A stretch of 63,943 nucleotides of DNA, filler included, from Sphacelaria rigidula (GCA_964200075.2; 10 parts of 10 records of this genome joined end to end with filler, not necessarily neighbours in it), one strand, 5' to 3'; counted from the whole stretch's first letter, positions 48,931 through 62,900 are shown. The notes: a model not told the origin generated them from the sequence alone. Made by a program: numbers and translations.

Positions 48931-51900
48931 CAGGTGCCATCGCTCTCGGCCCCTCGATCAGACCCCGGTTGGGACCGTCAGGAGGGATATCCAAAACACA
49001 GCTGATGCGGGTTGTAAATTGAAAGAAATGGCTTGGATGTCGCAAGCGCGTTGCACCACAGTAGTAGCGTTCGACAGCCTCACCGCGAAACCCGTTCTCA
49101 ATACAACCACGGCGGAGGTGGTCATACAAGGCGTGATAGTTGGTTCAGACTGGGTGAAGCGCCTCGCATGGGCACTACTGGCGAAACAACCCCAAGCGTA
49201 GGACTAACCCTTAGCCCCATCGTGTGTGTCTGCAGCTTTATTTTGGGGCATCCATTTTTATCGACTGTACTGTAGTGATGCTGTACTGTGGTGATGGTAT
49301 ATCTCAGCAGACTGCTGAGTGATGCTGCGTTTCAAAGATTGTAGGCGTCTGTCCCCGCATTGAATCGTTTCGCTGATGGCGGTCGTCGCCGGCGCAACAG
49401 TATGAAGTCTCTCTCATATACTCAACAAGAGGTGCTCGCAAACTCGATGACTATTCCAAAGAAGTATGTTCGCAGCATACTTTGTTACGTGTTGCTTAGA
49501 CCCAGGGGTTGCTCAAAAGATGCAGGACAATGAGTGGCGAGTTTTTGTTGGACTGCTCATCACCATGCTTTCGCTGCCGCGCTGAAACTTCTGGGTTAGG
49601 GGCACATGGTCGCAACCGGTTGCGACTCCGGAGCATTTTGAACAAAATAAATGGAATTTCGATGGTCAGTTGAACCTCATAAAAATGTTGAACATCGACA
49701 ACGATTCCAGGCTGTTGGGTATGGGTATGGTCGCAGGTCGAAATGCGGACCGCGTTCCGCACGAGAAGGAGAAGAAGCAACAACAGCAGTATCAGCAGCA
49801 TCTTTACTGCCAGTAGATGTACGCGGCTGGGGATGGGTTGAATCAGCCGGTGCCGATACTGCTGCTGCTGCTGCTGCTGCCGCCGCCGCCGTTTTTTCTC
49901 GTGGGAGAACCGACCCGCATTTCAATCGTGCTACAACGCCCACGCACCTTACGCACGGGACCGCCTTTCATCTATTACTGGACGTATTTCCGTCAAACAA
50001 AGGCTGTCTTGTGCGGATGATGAGCTAGCGCTTGAACAATGCGCGTGAGTGGTGGGTGTCTATGCGTCGCAGAAATCCTATGCGTCACAGAAATCCAATG
50101 CCGAATATGAAATAGCCTGAGACAACAACCAATTTAAAATTTGGCATGACCGATGCTGCGTCGTTTTTCTAAATCTGGAGCTCACGCAGCAGATTTGAAC
50201 GACACGACAGGAACGAAACAACTCACGCAGAAATGGGGGGAAGAACTATTGCATGGAACATCAAGGCAGACAGCTCCTGTCATCAAACGCTTGGGATAGA
50301 GCAGCTCTGCGCTGGCTCAGTTTGTTCGCCCCAACGTGCACGCAACCGCCTTGCGTGTCTTCTCCGATCCCAGCACCCGACTATAGCTGAAGTACAGTAC
50401 ACACTGAGATACAACAGACAGCTGCAAAGTCGTCACGTGATCGTTTTACCTTTGTGTCCGGACAGAAGCTAGTGTACAGCACTTTGACCTCACGCCACTT
50501 CTGTGCTCCCCCGAACACCGCATGCTGCACTACAACTGTTCAGGCATTCTCCACATCACACCATGTTCGTCGTAGAGTGTTCAAATGCACAACAGCACAG
50601 CGACAACTACAGCATAGAAATGATGGGTGTGGGAAGCGCCTTGTTCGTTTGACTACATGTACTGAAAACATTATTGCTGTCTTGTCGTAGTAGTACAGCA
50701 GTCGCAGCTAGACACTATAAACTTGCAACAAGAGAAGCTGATGCATACTGTACGTATACAGTCCGCCTTCAGGTTCTGAAACTAAAAACACTGCAGAACT
50801 GCTGTATTGTCTTGTGTTCAGTGTAGTACTCTGTACTCCATATACCACTGCAGAATTGTCTTGTGTTCAGTGTAGTACCCTGTACTTCGGAAAATGGGGT
50901 CACTTTTTGAGCAGTTCTTCAAAAGTTCTGCTTGTTTTTTTTTAGTTTCTAAAACATTTCTTCTTTTTCTGTCACAGAAATCCAATGCCGAATCTGGAAT
51001 AGCCTACGACAACAACCAATTTGAAAATTGGAACCAATTACAGTCGGCAATATTCCATACCGTGCAATTCGACCCTGAAATTGGATTTTCCCGTAGGACC
51101 CCAACATTTCGGTTATTGACATCCAAATTTGTAGGANNNNNNNNNNNNNNNNNNNNNNNNNNNNNNNNNNNNNNNNNNNNTTAATTAATTAANNNNNNNN
51201 NNNNNNNNNNNNNNNNNNNNNNNNNNNNNNNNNNNNCCGGCTTTGTAGGGCTGCGAGGTGGATGGTCTTGTGACTATGGCATGCATGATCATGAGTACAC
51301 CCCCCCCCATTTCACAGGGAGGTTGCGAGAATGATATTTACCGTGGTTTTGAACGCCATACACGAGCAGGAAGCATCATTCTGTCGTTCATTTTGCCGGC
51401 GTAGGCGAGCCACCGACGAGATCAGCACTGTGTCTGTGATGAGAGATCTAACGGCAACGGCAGAGCACGATGAAAATCGACCGTTTTGATATCTCCAGAA
51501 TTTTCGGACTAGTCCACAAAAACATTGTTTCGGTAATTATGGGCCTGATAATGACCTTTTCCCCGTGTCTCTATTGATCGAAGATACCAACAGAAATAGG
51601 GAAAGGATTGGTAGAGACCGAAGATGTCTGCTCGAAGGCTCTGGATGCTGACTGCATTTGTTTCTCCGGCGCCTGCCCCCGCCCGTGACGGGATCATGAG
51701 ATTTGCAAGGGAACGATAGCTTTGAAAAAATCAAATAGAACTTGCTGGTATACGAGAGGAAAGGACGGCCAGCAACTCGGGCTGCGTACCTTTTGGGGGT
51801 ATTTTGATGTTGCGGTGTGTTCAATTGCACCTGAAAAGTACAAGATAATATCTTGCGCGTGAACATCCCGGGTACGCATAAACGACCTTGTACGCGATTG

Positions 51901-52410
51901 AAGAACAAGCTTCGGTGTGAGGGCTAGCAGGTACAGCTAGTATGTGGTGAGTAAACCTATACTGAACTGCACTCTACTGCCATACCACACTGTATTGTTC
52001 TACGTACTGTACACGGGAAGATTACGCCGAATCCGTCGATAAAACTTCGGAGTTCCACCCATTCGTGTTTTGTGAAACCATAACGCTAACCAGCATCGAA
52101 TTCCAAGGCAAACCAAGAATCTTCGAGCGAGGGGGTGCATGGATTGCCCTAGGTAAAGCGTGCTTGCAACCGGCGCCGCAGGTGTCGATCCGAGGAAAAG
52201 CGCGTCCTGCGCATGTGGGCCAACACTCGGGACTACCCAGTATCATAAAAACAGTCTGAACGTGGATGTCTACACGATATGTACATGCGTTAGAACCATG
52301 ACCCTTAGCGCTCATGCACCCTTACATATATATGGATCTTTCTACGGGCTAACACGGGCTAACGAACCAACTGACCTTTCACGCCAACGAAACTGTACTG
52401 ATTGTTTGTA

Positions 52411-53270
52411 CGAGCTGGGCCACCCGACAGTTTTTGTTGTCAGTTTACAGGTGATGCGACGGGGCATCATTTAAGGAGATAGTCGCTGAGTTTTTGAAAC
52501 GACGTGTTTATCATCATCACGCCCAACATCTCCGGGGATGCCAAGAAAAAACTTGCAGAGATTTTTCATTGAAGCAAAAACTAGAAAATGGCGTAACCCC
52601 GCGAAAAAACGGCGACATCCCCCGTCACATATGTCGTACTTGCACACAGAAGATACTAGCAAACAATTCGGGCAAAAGCTCCCGAAATTTGGCTCAGCGT
52701 GGAACTCTTGTATCTGTGTAACACCGCTGCACCATAGTAGTCCAACTGATCCTCCAGTTACACAGGTCACGAGTCGAACCCCGACACGGCCATTTCCCTC
52801 CCCACAATGTGGCAGACGGTTCCTCCATCAGTGACAACAAAGCGATCACTATCGATCGAGGAAAAGCGTCGCAGCCCAGTCCCAGGCGGGTACCTGTGGT
52901 GTGCCCGTTGTATGTGACAATCGGCTCGGAGAACCTTTCCCATGATGGAGCTGCTGACGAGCTTGATGTCATTTCGCAGCATTCCCAGTGCACTCTCGAC
53001 TGTGCGTGTCGGAGTTGCCATGCGTAATTCCGCCGCGTTTGTAAAACATAAATCTGGACACGCTTTCACGCCATGAAATGAGACGCACCCGGTGCTCAAT
53101 GCAGTACAAAAACGTCATGGCCAAGACTGCGCCAATCAAATAGCGGCGAAGCCGTGCGTAACCACTTTGGCCCGTAAATCACAGCGATATGCCTGCATCA
53201 GGCTGACTCGGGAAACTGAAGAAGGTGTTGTGTACTGAGGGGTTGTGTGTTTCACGACCGGCCCAGCTCG
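52411..53270. mobile_element. 860-bp non-autonomous element of the CGAGCTGGGCC-terminus family
   Basis: TA|CGAGCTGGGCC...GGCCCAGCTCG|TA. Confidence 0.75.
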
Positions 53271-54707
53271 TAACAGAGGATCCTGGAAACTGGGGTTGAA
53301 TTTCCAAATGGGGCTCAACCCACCTTCCACATGCTCGCAGTTTCCGCGGAACAGTTCTGCGAAACGAAAGATTCGCGGATCTTTAGGTTCTGTTGAAGCT
53401 CAGCAGGTGCAGCTAAATGCACTCAATTAATGCGGTGAACAAGTGTGTCAATGACGATACCACCGGAGGAATAATGACGGATTCGAAGCTCCCCGCCCGG
53501 GTCCTTTGTGTGTCTGTGTGTCCTCGTTCGGCGATTCCCAATGGCTGGAGAGATTGGCATCATGTTACCACTACAATATAATTTGCCAGCGCATTCTTCG
53601 GCATAACAACGGCCGGCGGTTTGTTGTACAACCCCCGAAAAAACATCGGGATGGCCACGGTTGTCGCATCTTGACTGATGTAATCGTGTTTGTGGCGCTA
53701 GCCGATGCAAATTTCGATTCCTTGCTGCCTATCTTTGTGGGCAGGACGTGCGCTACACAACACGTCGCCGAAAAACAGGGCGATGTTCCCGTCACCGGTA
53801 CTGTTCTCAAACACAAACGTGCGAGCAAGGACGCTTGCGCCAAGAAACAATCGCATGTCGGGGGGGTGTTATTTTCATCGTTGATTTCGCCCGACGGTTG
53901 GCACAAGCACAAGGGTCTTACCCACCTGGGGGGATGTATGAGAAATTAAACACTCACGTAGATCTTCTTAGTATGCCGGGTGAAAAAAAAACACTTGTGG
54001 TGGTGACTTAGCTGCTGCTAGTGTGAACCACATGGCGGCTGGCATATACTGTAATCTGTGAGTTCATCTCATGTACAACCGGTCGCGTGGGGAGGAACGT
54101 GTGTTTTGTTCAAGAACTCGACTCTGAGGAGGCCATCACAAGCTGAGGCATGATATGGTTTCACCAGGAACAGAGGCGTACTGCTATTAACTACTGGCCG
54201 TTCCATTTGTGACCCACGCCGTCAAGCACTGACCAGAAAGGTCTTGCCTGAGATACGTTGTTTCAAGCAGCGTAGTCTGCAGTAGCTGGAAGAAGCCCCG
54301 ACAATTCGTTGTCGCACTGACTGCCTGTGGCAGTTCGACGCTGATAATTGAATTCGCACGGGAAGCTCTCATATTTTCAAGCTATTTCATAGAATCAAAA
54401 CGGCTCCCCCGAAAAGGGAATGGGACGGGGCGAGAGGAAAGAAAGGAAAGATAATAAGTAATTGTTTCTTCTTTGAGTGCCAGCCACTCCTCCCCAAGCA
54501 GCTCATGTTGTTGTCAATTGCTCACCCAGAAGTTGAACAATTGTCCTTGGGTATGCGGCAAGTCATACCCCGCTTTTCAAGAAGATTTTGCGTACTGTCG
54601 AGTTACACATACGCCAAATATTGGCTCATCTCTGAGCACCCCACACTTGCGTACTCAAAGCATACTCGTCAGTTTCATATTTGGGCCACCGATCTCGGGA
54701 TGAATCA

Positions 54708-55063
54708 TCATGGATGCCATAGCTCATATCCCCGCCTCGGCAACAACCCGGCGTCCCCAACCCTCACCCTCAAGGAAGAGCCTCGAACTTCTTCTGCTCC
54801 AGCAGCTTGCACTCCCTCAGCAGCAGTAGATCCATGTCCTACTTCGTCCCGCCTTTTTTGCATTCGTTGTCCGTCGGGACTCCTGCACGCAATATCGAAA
54901 CCTAGACCACCAACACCGTCTGATCGTCGTCCCCGCCGCCCCGTGCGGGTGGCTGTCATCGCATCAACCAGGCTATCGCCGTGATGATCGTTACTGCTGC
55001 TGTTGGCGTTATTACCACTGTCGATGTTATTGTAGTCATCGTCGGAGATGAGGGAGGAAAAGA
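54708..55063 (-). CDS. Putative exon of an unknown gene (low complexity)
   Basis: ctgcag| acceptor, then an open frame FSSLISDDDYNNIDSGNNANSSSNDHHG...GYELWHP*. Confidence 0.35.
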
Positions 55064-55850
55064 CTGCAGGACGCGGGGAAGGTGCCTGCGATTGTTCTAA
55101 TCGAAATGCCTACGTGTTGGTGTCGTCGTTGTTCCATGCATCATTTCACGACGACAAAAGGGAGGGCGCGAGGGGGGCTATATGTTACATGACCGGCCTT
55201 GCGTATTTTCTTACATTCCCGAGGTTGACGCCGTGTCCTCCTGTCACATTCATTGTCGTGTAAATGGCATGTCCCCTGAAACTGTTCATGGGTCGACTTG
55301 TGGTGTTTTTAATATTCAAGTTTGATTCAAATACGTTCCTGTGACATTTGTGCTCCTATGAAAAGAAAACAAGTACCTGAACTGCTTTTTTGGTCCGTTC
55401 GTTCAAAGGTAGTCATGACGATATATTTGTGGCCTGCTCAACGATGGCCAGGCATGGAAAGAGCTGGCCGGTCATGTGGAAAGCCTTCCAGCATTCCGTG
55501 TCTGTCATCAAATAGCCAACGTACAGGTATGGGTGGGTGTTGACGCCCAAATTGAGTTCTGTACCGCACGGGACGCAACCGCGTGTCAACCATAGACTAT
55601 TTTCGTATGATAGTACAGCGCAATGTTGTGTAGATATGTAGACAGTCAACAAACCTCCCCGACTTGTGCTTACGCAGCTGGTCGACACTTTCACCCTCCA
55701 CGAATGAAAACATAAGATGGGTGAGTGGCAAAGTCACATCTTGAGTAACTTGCTGTGCAACTCCCGACGCTTGCTATTTTTCAAAAGCAACCCACATCAA
55801 ATGTACGTAAACGCGTGGTGATTGTTCCGAGCCGACACTTTCTACGATAG

Positions 55851-55884
<34 letters not shown>

Positions 55885-56032
55885 ACCCCCCAACCCCCAC
55901 CCCCAGCCCACACCCACCACCCCACCCGGAGCCACCCTCCCACCGCCACACAACAAAAAANNNNNNNNNNAAACCCACACCAAAAGTAAAAAAACATGGG
56001 GGTGGTGTTCCCACCCCCCCCTTTTTTACCAA

Positions 56033-56065
<33 letters not shown>

Positions 56066-56272
56066 CTGCCCAAAAGTGTCACGAAACAAATGGTCATACA
56101 GCGCCTGATGTTTCGGTTCAGGCTGCATGAAGCGTCTCATACGGGCGACATCGCCGAGAACGAACCCAAGTGTGGGGATTCCCAGCTGCTCGTTGCGCTC
56201 GGCCTTTTCCATTTCGGTTCACGAGAACATTTTGCCTTCTCAAACCAGGAACTCTTTTTTTGTTTGTTTTTT

Positions 56273-56322
56273 GGGGGGGCGTACTCATTTGTTGTTTTCC
56301 TTAGTCGTTTGACCATTGGCCA
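56273..56322 (-). mobile_element. Very short LINE 3' end with an oligo-C tail
   Basis: gggggggcgtactcatttgttg....ccttagtcgtttgaccattg on the + strand. Confidence 0.7.
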
Positions 56323-56778
56323 TTTTTTTGGGCGGGGGGTTATGGCAGCAAGTGTCAGCCGTGAAAACTATTCCGCAATCGTCATTTATTTTTTGTTTCC
56401 GTTGAAGGGAGGAGTAAACCTCGTCTAGCACTTACTCCGCGAACGGGTTCTGATGTCAATTACCTGGAGGCTCGGCTAGACCCCCCCACCGTGGCAGTCA
56501 TGTAGGGTAGGTGCCTCGAGCGTTCGGAAATCTTTGTTCAAGGCGCAGAGTGAGGAATGAACCCACTAAACCCCCTCTCAACCTGGCGCACTGCACGCGC
56601 CGCCCTACGACTCTCATGAGCTTTGGACCTAGTCCTCAATTGTAATGTGCGAAATGTGCGGACTGCCATCAACATGATGAGCTCTTCTGAAATCACCATC
56701 TCAGCATATATAGTTTGATGAATAAATCAACGGGATCACTGCCGTGACGGCAATGTCAATGCATTCGATTGTCTTCAC

Positions 56779-56909
56779 CTCTCTTGTGGACACCGCCGCG
56801 GCCGCGAGTAAAAACAGCGCAGCCGCCCAGAAATCCACGCAAGACTTCCAAAAAGAGCTGGGCGGAAGGCCCAACCATGAGGCCACGTCGGATGCGCTAA
56901 AAGCGTAGC
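56779..56909 (-). CDS. Putative internal exon of an unknown gene
   Basis: ttcag|GC...GAG|gtgaag; YAFSASDVASWLGLPPSSFWKSCVDFWAAALFLLAAAAVSTRE. Confidence 0.4.
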
Positions 56910-57399
56910 CTGAATCGCGACGTGCACAGGAACAACAAAAAAACAGACCGCAGCAGGGAAAAAAATACACAACAACAAACAGAGGCATGGCGTTTGTTCT
57001 TGAGGTCATACTGCACGTGGATGATGACCACTTCAGTATGTGGTGAGACTCGTGCTGACGGGCTTGCCCGCTTCATCAACAACTTGTAGTAGGGTTCGCT
57101 CTTACGCCCTGTTTTCCAACGGATTCAGCGGCAGATGGTGTCCAAATTGCTTTGATACATGCAACTATTGAACCGCCTGATCCACGTTTGGTCATCGAAA
57201 ACGACGAGAAGACTTAGCAGTCTACTACTTCCTGTTCGCGGTACAGCGATGAACCCGCGATGGGGCGGCACCGACGATAAGCAGCGGGTGTTGGCGTGCT
57301 TTTTTCGACGTTTTGTCGAGGGTTTACTATTTGGCAACGTTATCCGTAACGTCGGCGGGGTGACTTTGGCTTTACAGCTTTGCCCCCCTCCTATTGCGA

Positions 57400-57500
57400 T
57401 GCGCCGTCTCGAAAGGGATGCGTGGTCAATGGTCAAACGGCCAAGGCAAGAAACAAATGAGTACGACCACCCCCAACCAAACCCAACAAACAAACAAACA
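57400..57500 (+). mobile_element. LINE 3' end with a C/A-rich tail
   Basis: ccgtctcgaaagggatgcgtggtcaatggtcaaacg...aacaaatgagtacgaccacccccaacc. Confidence 0.75.
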
Positions 57501-59072
57501 CAAAAAAAAAAAAAAAAAAAAAAAAACAAAACAACAAATANNNNNNNNNNNNNNNNNNNNNNNNNNNNNNNNNNNNNNNNNNNNTTAATTAATTAANNNN
57601 NNNNNNNNNNNNNNNNNNNNNNNNNNNNNNNNNNNNNNNNTGGTACGTGCCTTTCATTTTGGTCTCGCGGATTGGGTCAGTAGTTCCGCACCGCGTCAAC
57701 TCACGTCACACAAACCCAGTCGACTACTTTGTTCACTCACGTTCTCACGCTTTCCAAGGTGGAAACCACACAGTACATCACGAAGAAAAAAAACCAATGC
57801 ATCGGGAATCGAACCCTCATCCTCTCTACCCTAATAGTGGCGAAGGTCGGACCGTTAAACCCCCGTTCTCTAGATTCCGAACGTCCAAATGTTCATGAAA
57901 AAGGCGTTTTGTGTAGCGAGAAAGAGCTGTTCTGGACCCCAGATGTGGCATAGTCCAACTCAGTCCACCTGCGGGAGGGTCGCTGTCTAAGGGTTGACAG
58001 CATAATACAAAGTATATACTACAATAATCGACAGTGATGAGGGAAATGGCACCTAATAATAGACAGCGGCGACATGACCAATGAGTGAAAATGATGGAAT
58101 GGTTATTATTTCATCATGTGAAAACCCTCTAAAACACAAAACCCACACTCTCGAGAGTATGAGGCGCGGAATAACTATTACCCCGCTTGTACCACGTATA
58201 AAACAAAAATCATCGAACCAGAGACATTTATTGTTTACTTCACAGCCAGGTCGAACGAAATAGTAACATTACTCAAGGTACGAGCGCTCTCGACTCTTTC
58301 GAAAACCATGAGTATTCACGTGTCAGGTCCTCCCCGGCACCCGAACTGTGGCTTCTCTGATCTACGGAGAAATCGTGAACAAGCGGTATACTACGCGGAA
58401 CACCTCCACGGGCTACAACGCTGGCGACGACGAGCGCATCTCCAAGGGGGGAATTGGCGGTGCCGCGTTGTTTACTTACGTCTATCTACGTTAATAACAA
58501 TTATACTGCCGAGATACTGCAATAATTATAAATCGCGTTGATCAATCAATTGAAAAGTTATCGCCACGCATGCGACAGCAAAATGCAGTCTCCACACCAC
58601 GCACACCTGACAGAGGGTCCGTCAAGAATGCCTGTACACGTACGTGGTACAATATACTCATAAGAGTGTGACAAGAATCGTAAAAAGCACTGAGAGGTCC
58701 GCACGCATCGGTAATATGTGAATGGGGAAACTTCCACCCCACCTGGCTATTCTCTCATACTGCATCTTATTTATTTCGCACATGAAATATCCAAGTCGGG
58801 TGCGGAACACCCGCAGCGGCCACGCTCGGGATATCTCAGTTGAACTCGGGAAAGGGTGGCCAATCAGAACCAGGTGAATGATCATGGGTCTGAGATATAG
58901 GTCTGAGGATAGATCCTAAAACAGAATAAACATCATGCCCGACCTGCTCCTGAAACATAAATGCACACGGGGTAAGAGTTGGTCACGAGGCGTGCACAGG
59001 AAAGTGATCCAAGAACAACACAAAACGCACTTAGACTCGTAGCGTGTTGCCCGTAGTTTTCACTTCGACATA

Positions 59073-59498
59073 ATGGATGTGGACTTGGGTAGGGGATTGG
59101 GGGATATGTTGGCAGGGTTTGATGGGCTCGATGACCTGTTCGCCCCGAACAATAGCAGGGAAAACACGCCAGATTTTTTCAAGTTCTGTGCGTTAGAGGA
59201 TGGGGGGGAAGTCGGGGGCGGAGGGCGGCCACTGTCTAGCGAGACCGAGGTGGGCCCTATGGTCACCGCGCCATCAAGCCCCGGCAGCAGTGCCCGCAAT
59301 AACTGGATGGCTGCGTCGAGCGACCGCGGATTCGGGCAGCATGAACTGAAAGCGGGCATGAGGGAAAACTTGGGTGTCGTTGGTGGGATGGGTATGATGA
59401 ATACTGCGCTCGGCGGAAAGCCGAGGGCGAGGAAACGGCATGATGAGGATGATGCGCTGGAGAGCCTGGAAGAAGCAAGTTCGCGTCCCATCCCCAAG
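59073..59498 (+). CDS. Probable first coding exon of an unknown, disordered, possibly nuclear protein
   Basis: MDVDLGRGLGDMLAGFDGLDDLFAP...KPRARKRHDEDD...RPIPK|gtgtga; phase-0 donor. Confidence 0.6.
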
Positions 59499-60056
59499 GT
59501 GTGAGACTGTTTCGTGTGTCTCTCTATGTGCCGAGGCACCCACCCTCGAAGGAAATCATCTGCCATCTGTGCATTTTCTTGTTGTGCACGTGAGTGCCAC
59601 GTGCGTGGAATACATATTTTTTCAGTATGGTTTCGACTCCCTCTGGAGGGCATAAAAATTGTTCAGTTTTTTTCGATCCCACCAGGGGAATGTAATTCAC
59701 TTTGTTGCTGTCTTCTTCGTTCCATACCCTGTTTTTCTTGAATCCTTGCGTCACAGTGTTGTGTTGCATTTAGTCTGCCGCCAGGTCTTTCTTGTACTCA
59801 TATAATTGATGAGCATCGTAAATATCTCTTCTTGTGTTGTGGAGCGTGTGTGCGGCATAAATGATGATCGTCGCTGCACTTGAAGGTGAGGACAGCGTAA
59901 ATAACGCTCCGAAGGCAGTGCCTTGAGAAGATGTAATGCCCATTTTCTCGATGTACAGGCAAGCATGTGCCGCGTACATGTGCATAAATACTCTACCGTC
60001 CGTACCCCCTGGATGTGCTGTCTCTTTGACTTCATTTCATTTTCCCCTCAACTCAG

Positions 60057-61031
60057 CGCCGTTCGTCAGCCCAAGCAACCGCGGCAGCATTAGCACTCCA
60101 ACAACCCGCAACCCAAGTTAAATTAGAACATCTTGTATCGGGGATTGGAATGGGAAACAACAGCAGCTGCAACAACAACGGCAGCATAGAGCAACGGCAG
60201 CAGCAACAACTACCTCCCGCACCCAACGCGGCGACCAGAGCGCACAGCTTTCATGGATCAACCTCCACCGGATGGAATCCTCGTTCCCTCGATCGATCCT
60301 CTTCAACGACAGCCCTGGGCAAAAACTACAACGCAACAGGGAAGGGTGGGAATGTCAAGTACGAATCGCTTCCCCCGAAGGCGCGAGGCGGTGCGATTAA
60401 GGTGAAGAAGGATGTACTATCACGCCCACGCATATCGGTGTTCATGTCTCGGCCCCGTCCCAGGCGACCCTCGGCCATAACAGGAAACCATAAACTCGCA
60501 GCTGCCCTTGCGCTGGACATGCCTTCGTCTGTTCATGACCCTGGGCACATGCGTGGGGGCTCGTTGATCAACACGGCGACGCTACCTGGCAGCTTTGACC
60601 ACAGCTCGACGACCATGACCACGCTTGAGGCGCCCGCAGCGATCTCGCGTACAGCCAGCGCAAATCGTTTCAAAGATTTGCGAATCACGGTTGGTCGCAC
60701 GCGCAGCCTTGCGGAGCAAAGCCTCGTCGAGTCAACCCCGCCGGTGGTGGCCATGGGGCAGGCCACCCGCCGTGGGTCGTCACCTGCTCTGGACGATCTC
60801 TTCGCACAGCCGCCAACATTAGAGAGAGCTACGTCGGTGGGAGCGCTTACAATTCCGGGGAAAGGGGACGTCTTCGCGCCCATGACTATGTCGCCCACGA
60901 GTGGAGTTTTGCCGACGTACGAGTTGTCTGATAAGATGCAGGCGGGCAACGGCACACAGAGGCGCAACTTGGTGTGCAAGGTTTTCGGGAGTCCCGTTAG
61001 TCGGGCGATGCGCGGCCCTGGTGGCATCTAG
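60057..61031 (+). CDS. Second exon of the same gene (may splice out at 60980 instead of running to the stop)
   Basis: Polypyrimidine tract plus ctcag|CGC, in frame with ORF 60150-61031; the junction reads ...PIPK|RRSSAQ.... S/T/P-rich. Confidence 0.6.
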   Translation, partial: RRSSAQATAAALALQQPATQVKLEHLVSGIGMGNNSSCNNNGSIEQRQQQQLPPAPNAATRAHSFHGSTSTGWNPRSLDRSSSTTALGKNYNATGKGGNVKYESLPPKARGGAIKVKKDVLSRPRISVFMSRPRPRRPSAITGNHKLAAALALDMPSSVHDPGHMRGGSLINTATLPGSFDHSSTTMTTLEAPAAISRTASANRFKDLRITVGRTRSLAEQSLVESTPPVVAMGQATRRGSSPALDDLFAQPPTLERATSVGALTIPGKGDVFAPMTMSPTSGVLPTYELSDKMQAGNGTQRRNLVCKVFGSPVSRAMRGPGGI

Positions 61032-61199
61032 GATGGAGCTGTTTTTTGCCACAGCGGTGAGTTCCACCTTTTGCAGGTTATTGGTTCCCACACGTCCTCG
61101 TTTTGTTTTTTGTATAATGAGCTCGCATGTGGACACCTTGTGTGAAGGTCTGCCGTCGGCGTGCACGGCACGATGAGTTCTATATAGCAAGCAGTGTAG

Positions 61200-62900
61200 G
61201 GACATCCTTCGAATTTGTTTTGCTGACATGGGGTTCCGATCGTGTGTCCATCTACGGTCGGGTCGTGCAACTCGTCCGAAGAAGAAGCACCCGCTCACAT
61301 TGTCCACGTCCATTAGCCCTCTCCACAGTCACAAGTCATAACGGTCACATCAACCAGGGTGGTGATTTGATGTGTGCCTGGTCTGATCCTCTAGGAGCCC
61401 TTCCTTACAAGGAAATTCATGGTGTGGTCCTCGAGTGGATTGTACTCAACACAGCTGGAGCCCGTTCTTATTTTTGTTTCTCCGCATTTGTATGTACACA
61501 TGTAGCGCATGGGTTACGTTGTCTATATTTACCATGTCTTGGCTTTGTTTCCCACGCGGACACTCGTCAACCCTGGAAGCCTGTATGAGCGCCCACGAAT
61601 TGATTGTCCACCTCTCCCATACACCTCTCGAGTGAAAATGATGCCGATGTACAAATCAGATCCGGTGGTACACCTGTCTTTGAAGTTACATCCGTTTTGT
61701 TTTTTCGAGACCCGGGGCTTTTTACCCATGTACAGTCCGCTCCGACCAGATTCTGAGCCGAATTTTTTGTGACTGATTAACCCCCAGCCGGCGAGATGTT
61801 TGATGAGCTTCGGGCTATGGTACTTCATGTCTGTGCTTTCCGTGGATGCACCTTCACTGGGAATAGGGCTGTGGTAAATAGTCAATGTAGCCTTCTCCAA
61901 TAGGTTGTGACAGGGCGGATCGATCCTCCGTCGAATCGGCATGTTTATACTCGAAGTTGATGTTCGGCATGTGACCGGCCCATTTTGGTCTAAAGTGCGC
62001 CCGCACGTAGACGTGTGTGCGGCCCCCATTTTTCGAATGAAAAAAACACCTCTATCTCGGATGAGTTCCCCTGGGCGATTTTTTGGTGAAGGCAGCAAAG
62101 GAGAGGGCCAAAATGCACACATGTCCAAGTTCCAGTACATGTAGTCTTACATCCGATGTACTATTGGCACGTCCTGTCAACGTAAGGTTCAATACTGATG
62201 TCCTGGGTGATGTAGGCTGTTGTGTCCCTCGAACGTTGAACACGGTGCTTGCACATCCACTTGCACAATATTCCGGACATGTGTGGACGGCTGGAAATAG
62301 TGAATAATGTACGCATCGAGCGGTTTTGTAGATTCTCTGGTCGTAAATACGCCCGACATCCAGAGTGTTCCTCGTGTCCTCGTTTCCCCCCGTTGCAAGT
62401 GGATGAAAGATGACAGTCATGATGCCACCACGTATAGTTCGCATATTTTGTCGGGAGTCCGCATCTGACAATTTGTTCTCGTTTCCTCGTGTCTTTTTTG
62501 CATCCGCGGTCTCACGGCCACGGAGGCATATTTGTGCAAATCTATCTGCACCTGACACCCCCACTTTTGTTTTTCAAGGATGAGGTCGCCTTTTTACCCG
62601 AAGCTTAGCTGGAAGCCCACGGACATTTTTCGACTAAGCTTGAGCTGAGACTATGACAGATTCCGGAATTGTTTCTCATGGCTCGGGAAACTTGGACGGG
62701 TTGCACACTAAGGTGGAAGCACCCGCCCGTGTCACAGTTGCCATCATGATTCAGTGTACGGAACGGTCACCGCTGTGCTGTCTGCTTGTCTACAGCTGTG
62801 CACTGTCATCATTGCGTTTCCTGTGGTTGCTTACCATCCTGTGCGGGTACTCGACATTCACCTTGTCGTACACCGTTTTTGAACATGTGCTTGGAGGCAC
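61200..62900 (-). pseudogene. Highly decayed Mutator (MULE) transposase relic
   Basis: In order across frames: RNIVQVD (first catalytic D region), LIRDRG (IISDR-like), H..TCGRTL..N (CxxH-like), LVDVTVMTCDCG...GTPC (SWIM-like). Confidence 0.5.

Noticed and set aside
50084..51030. ~50-bp direct repeats at about 50085 and 50970 as LTRs
   Set aside because: Too short, with no TG..CA ends, PBS, PPT or TSD.
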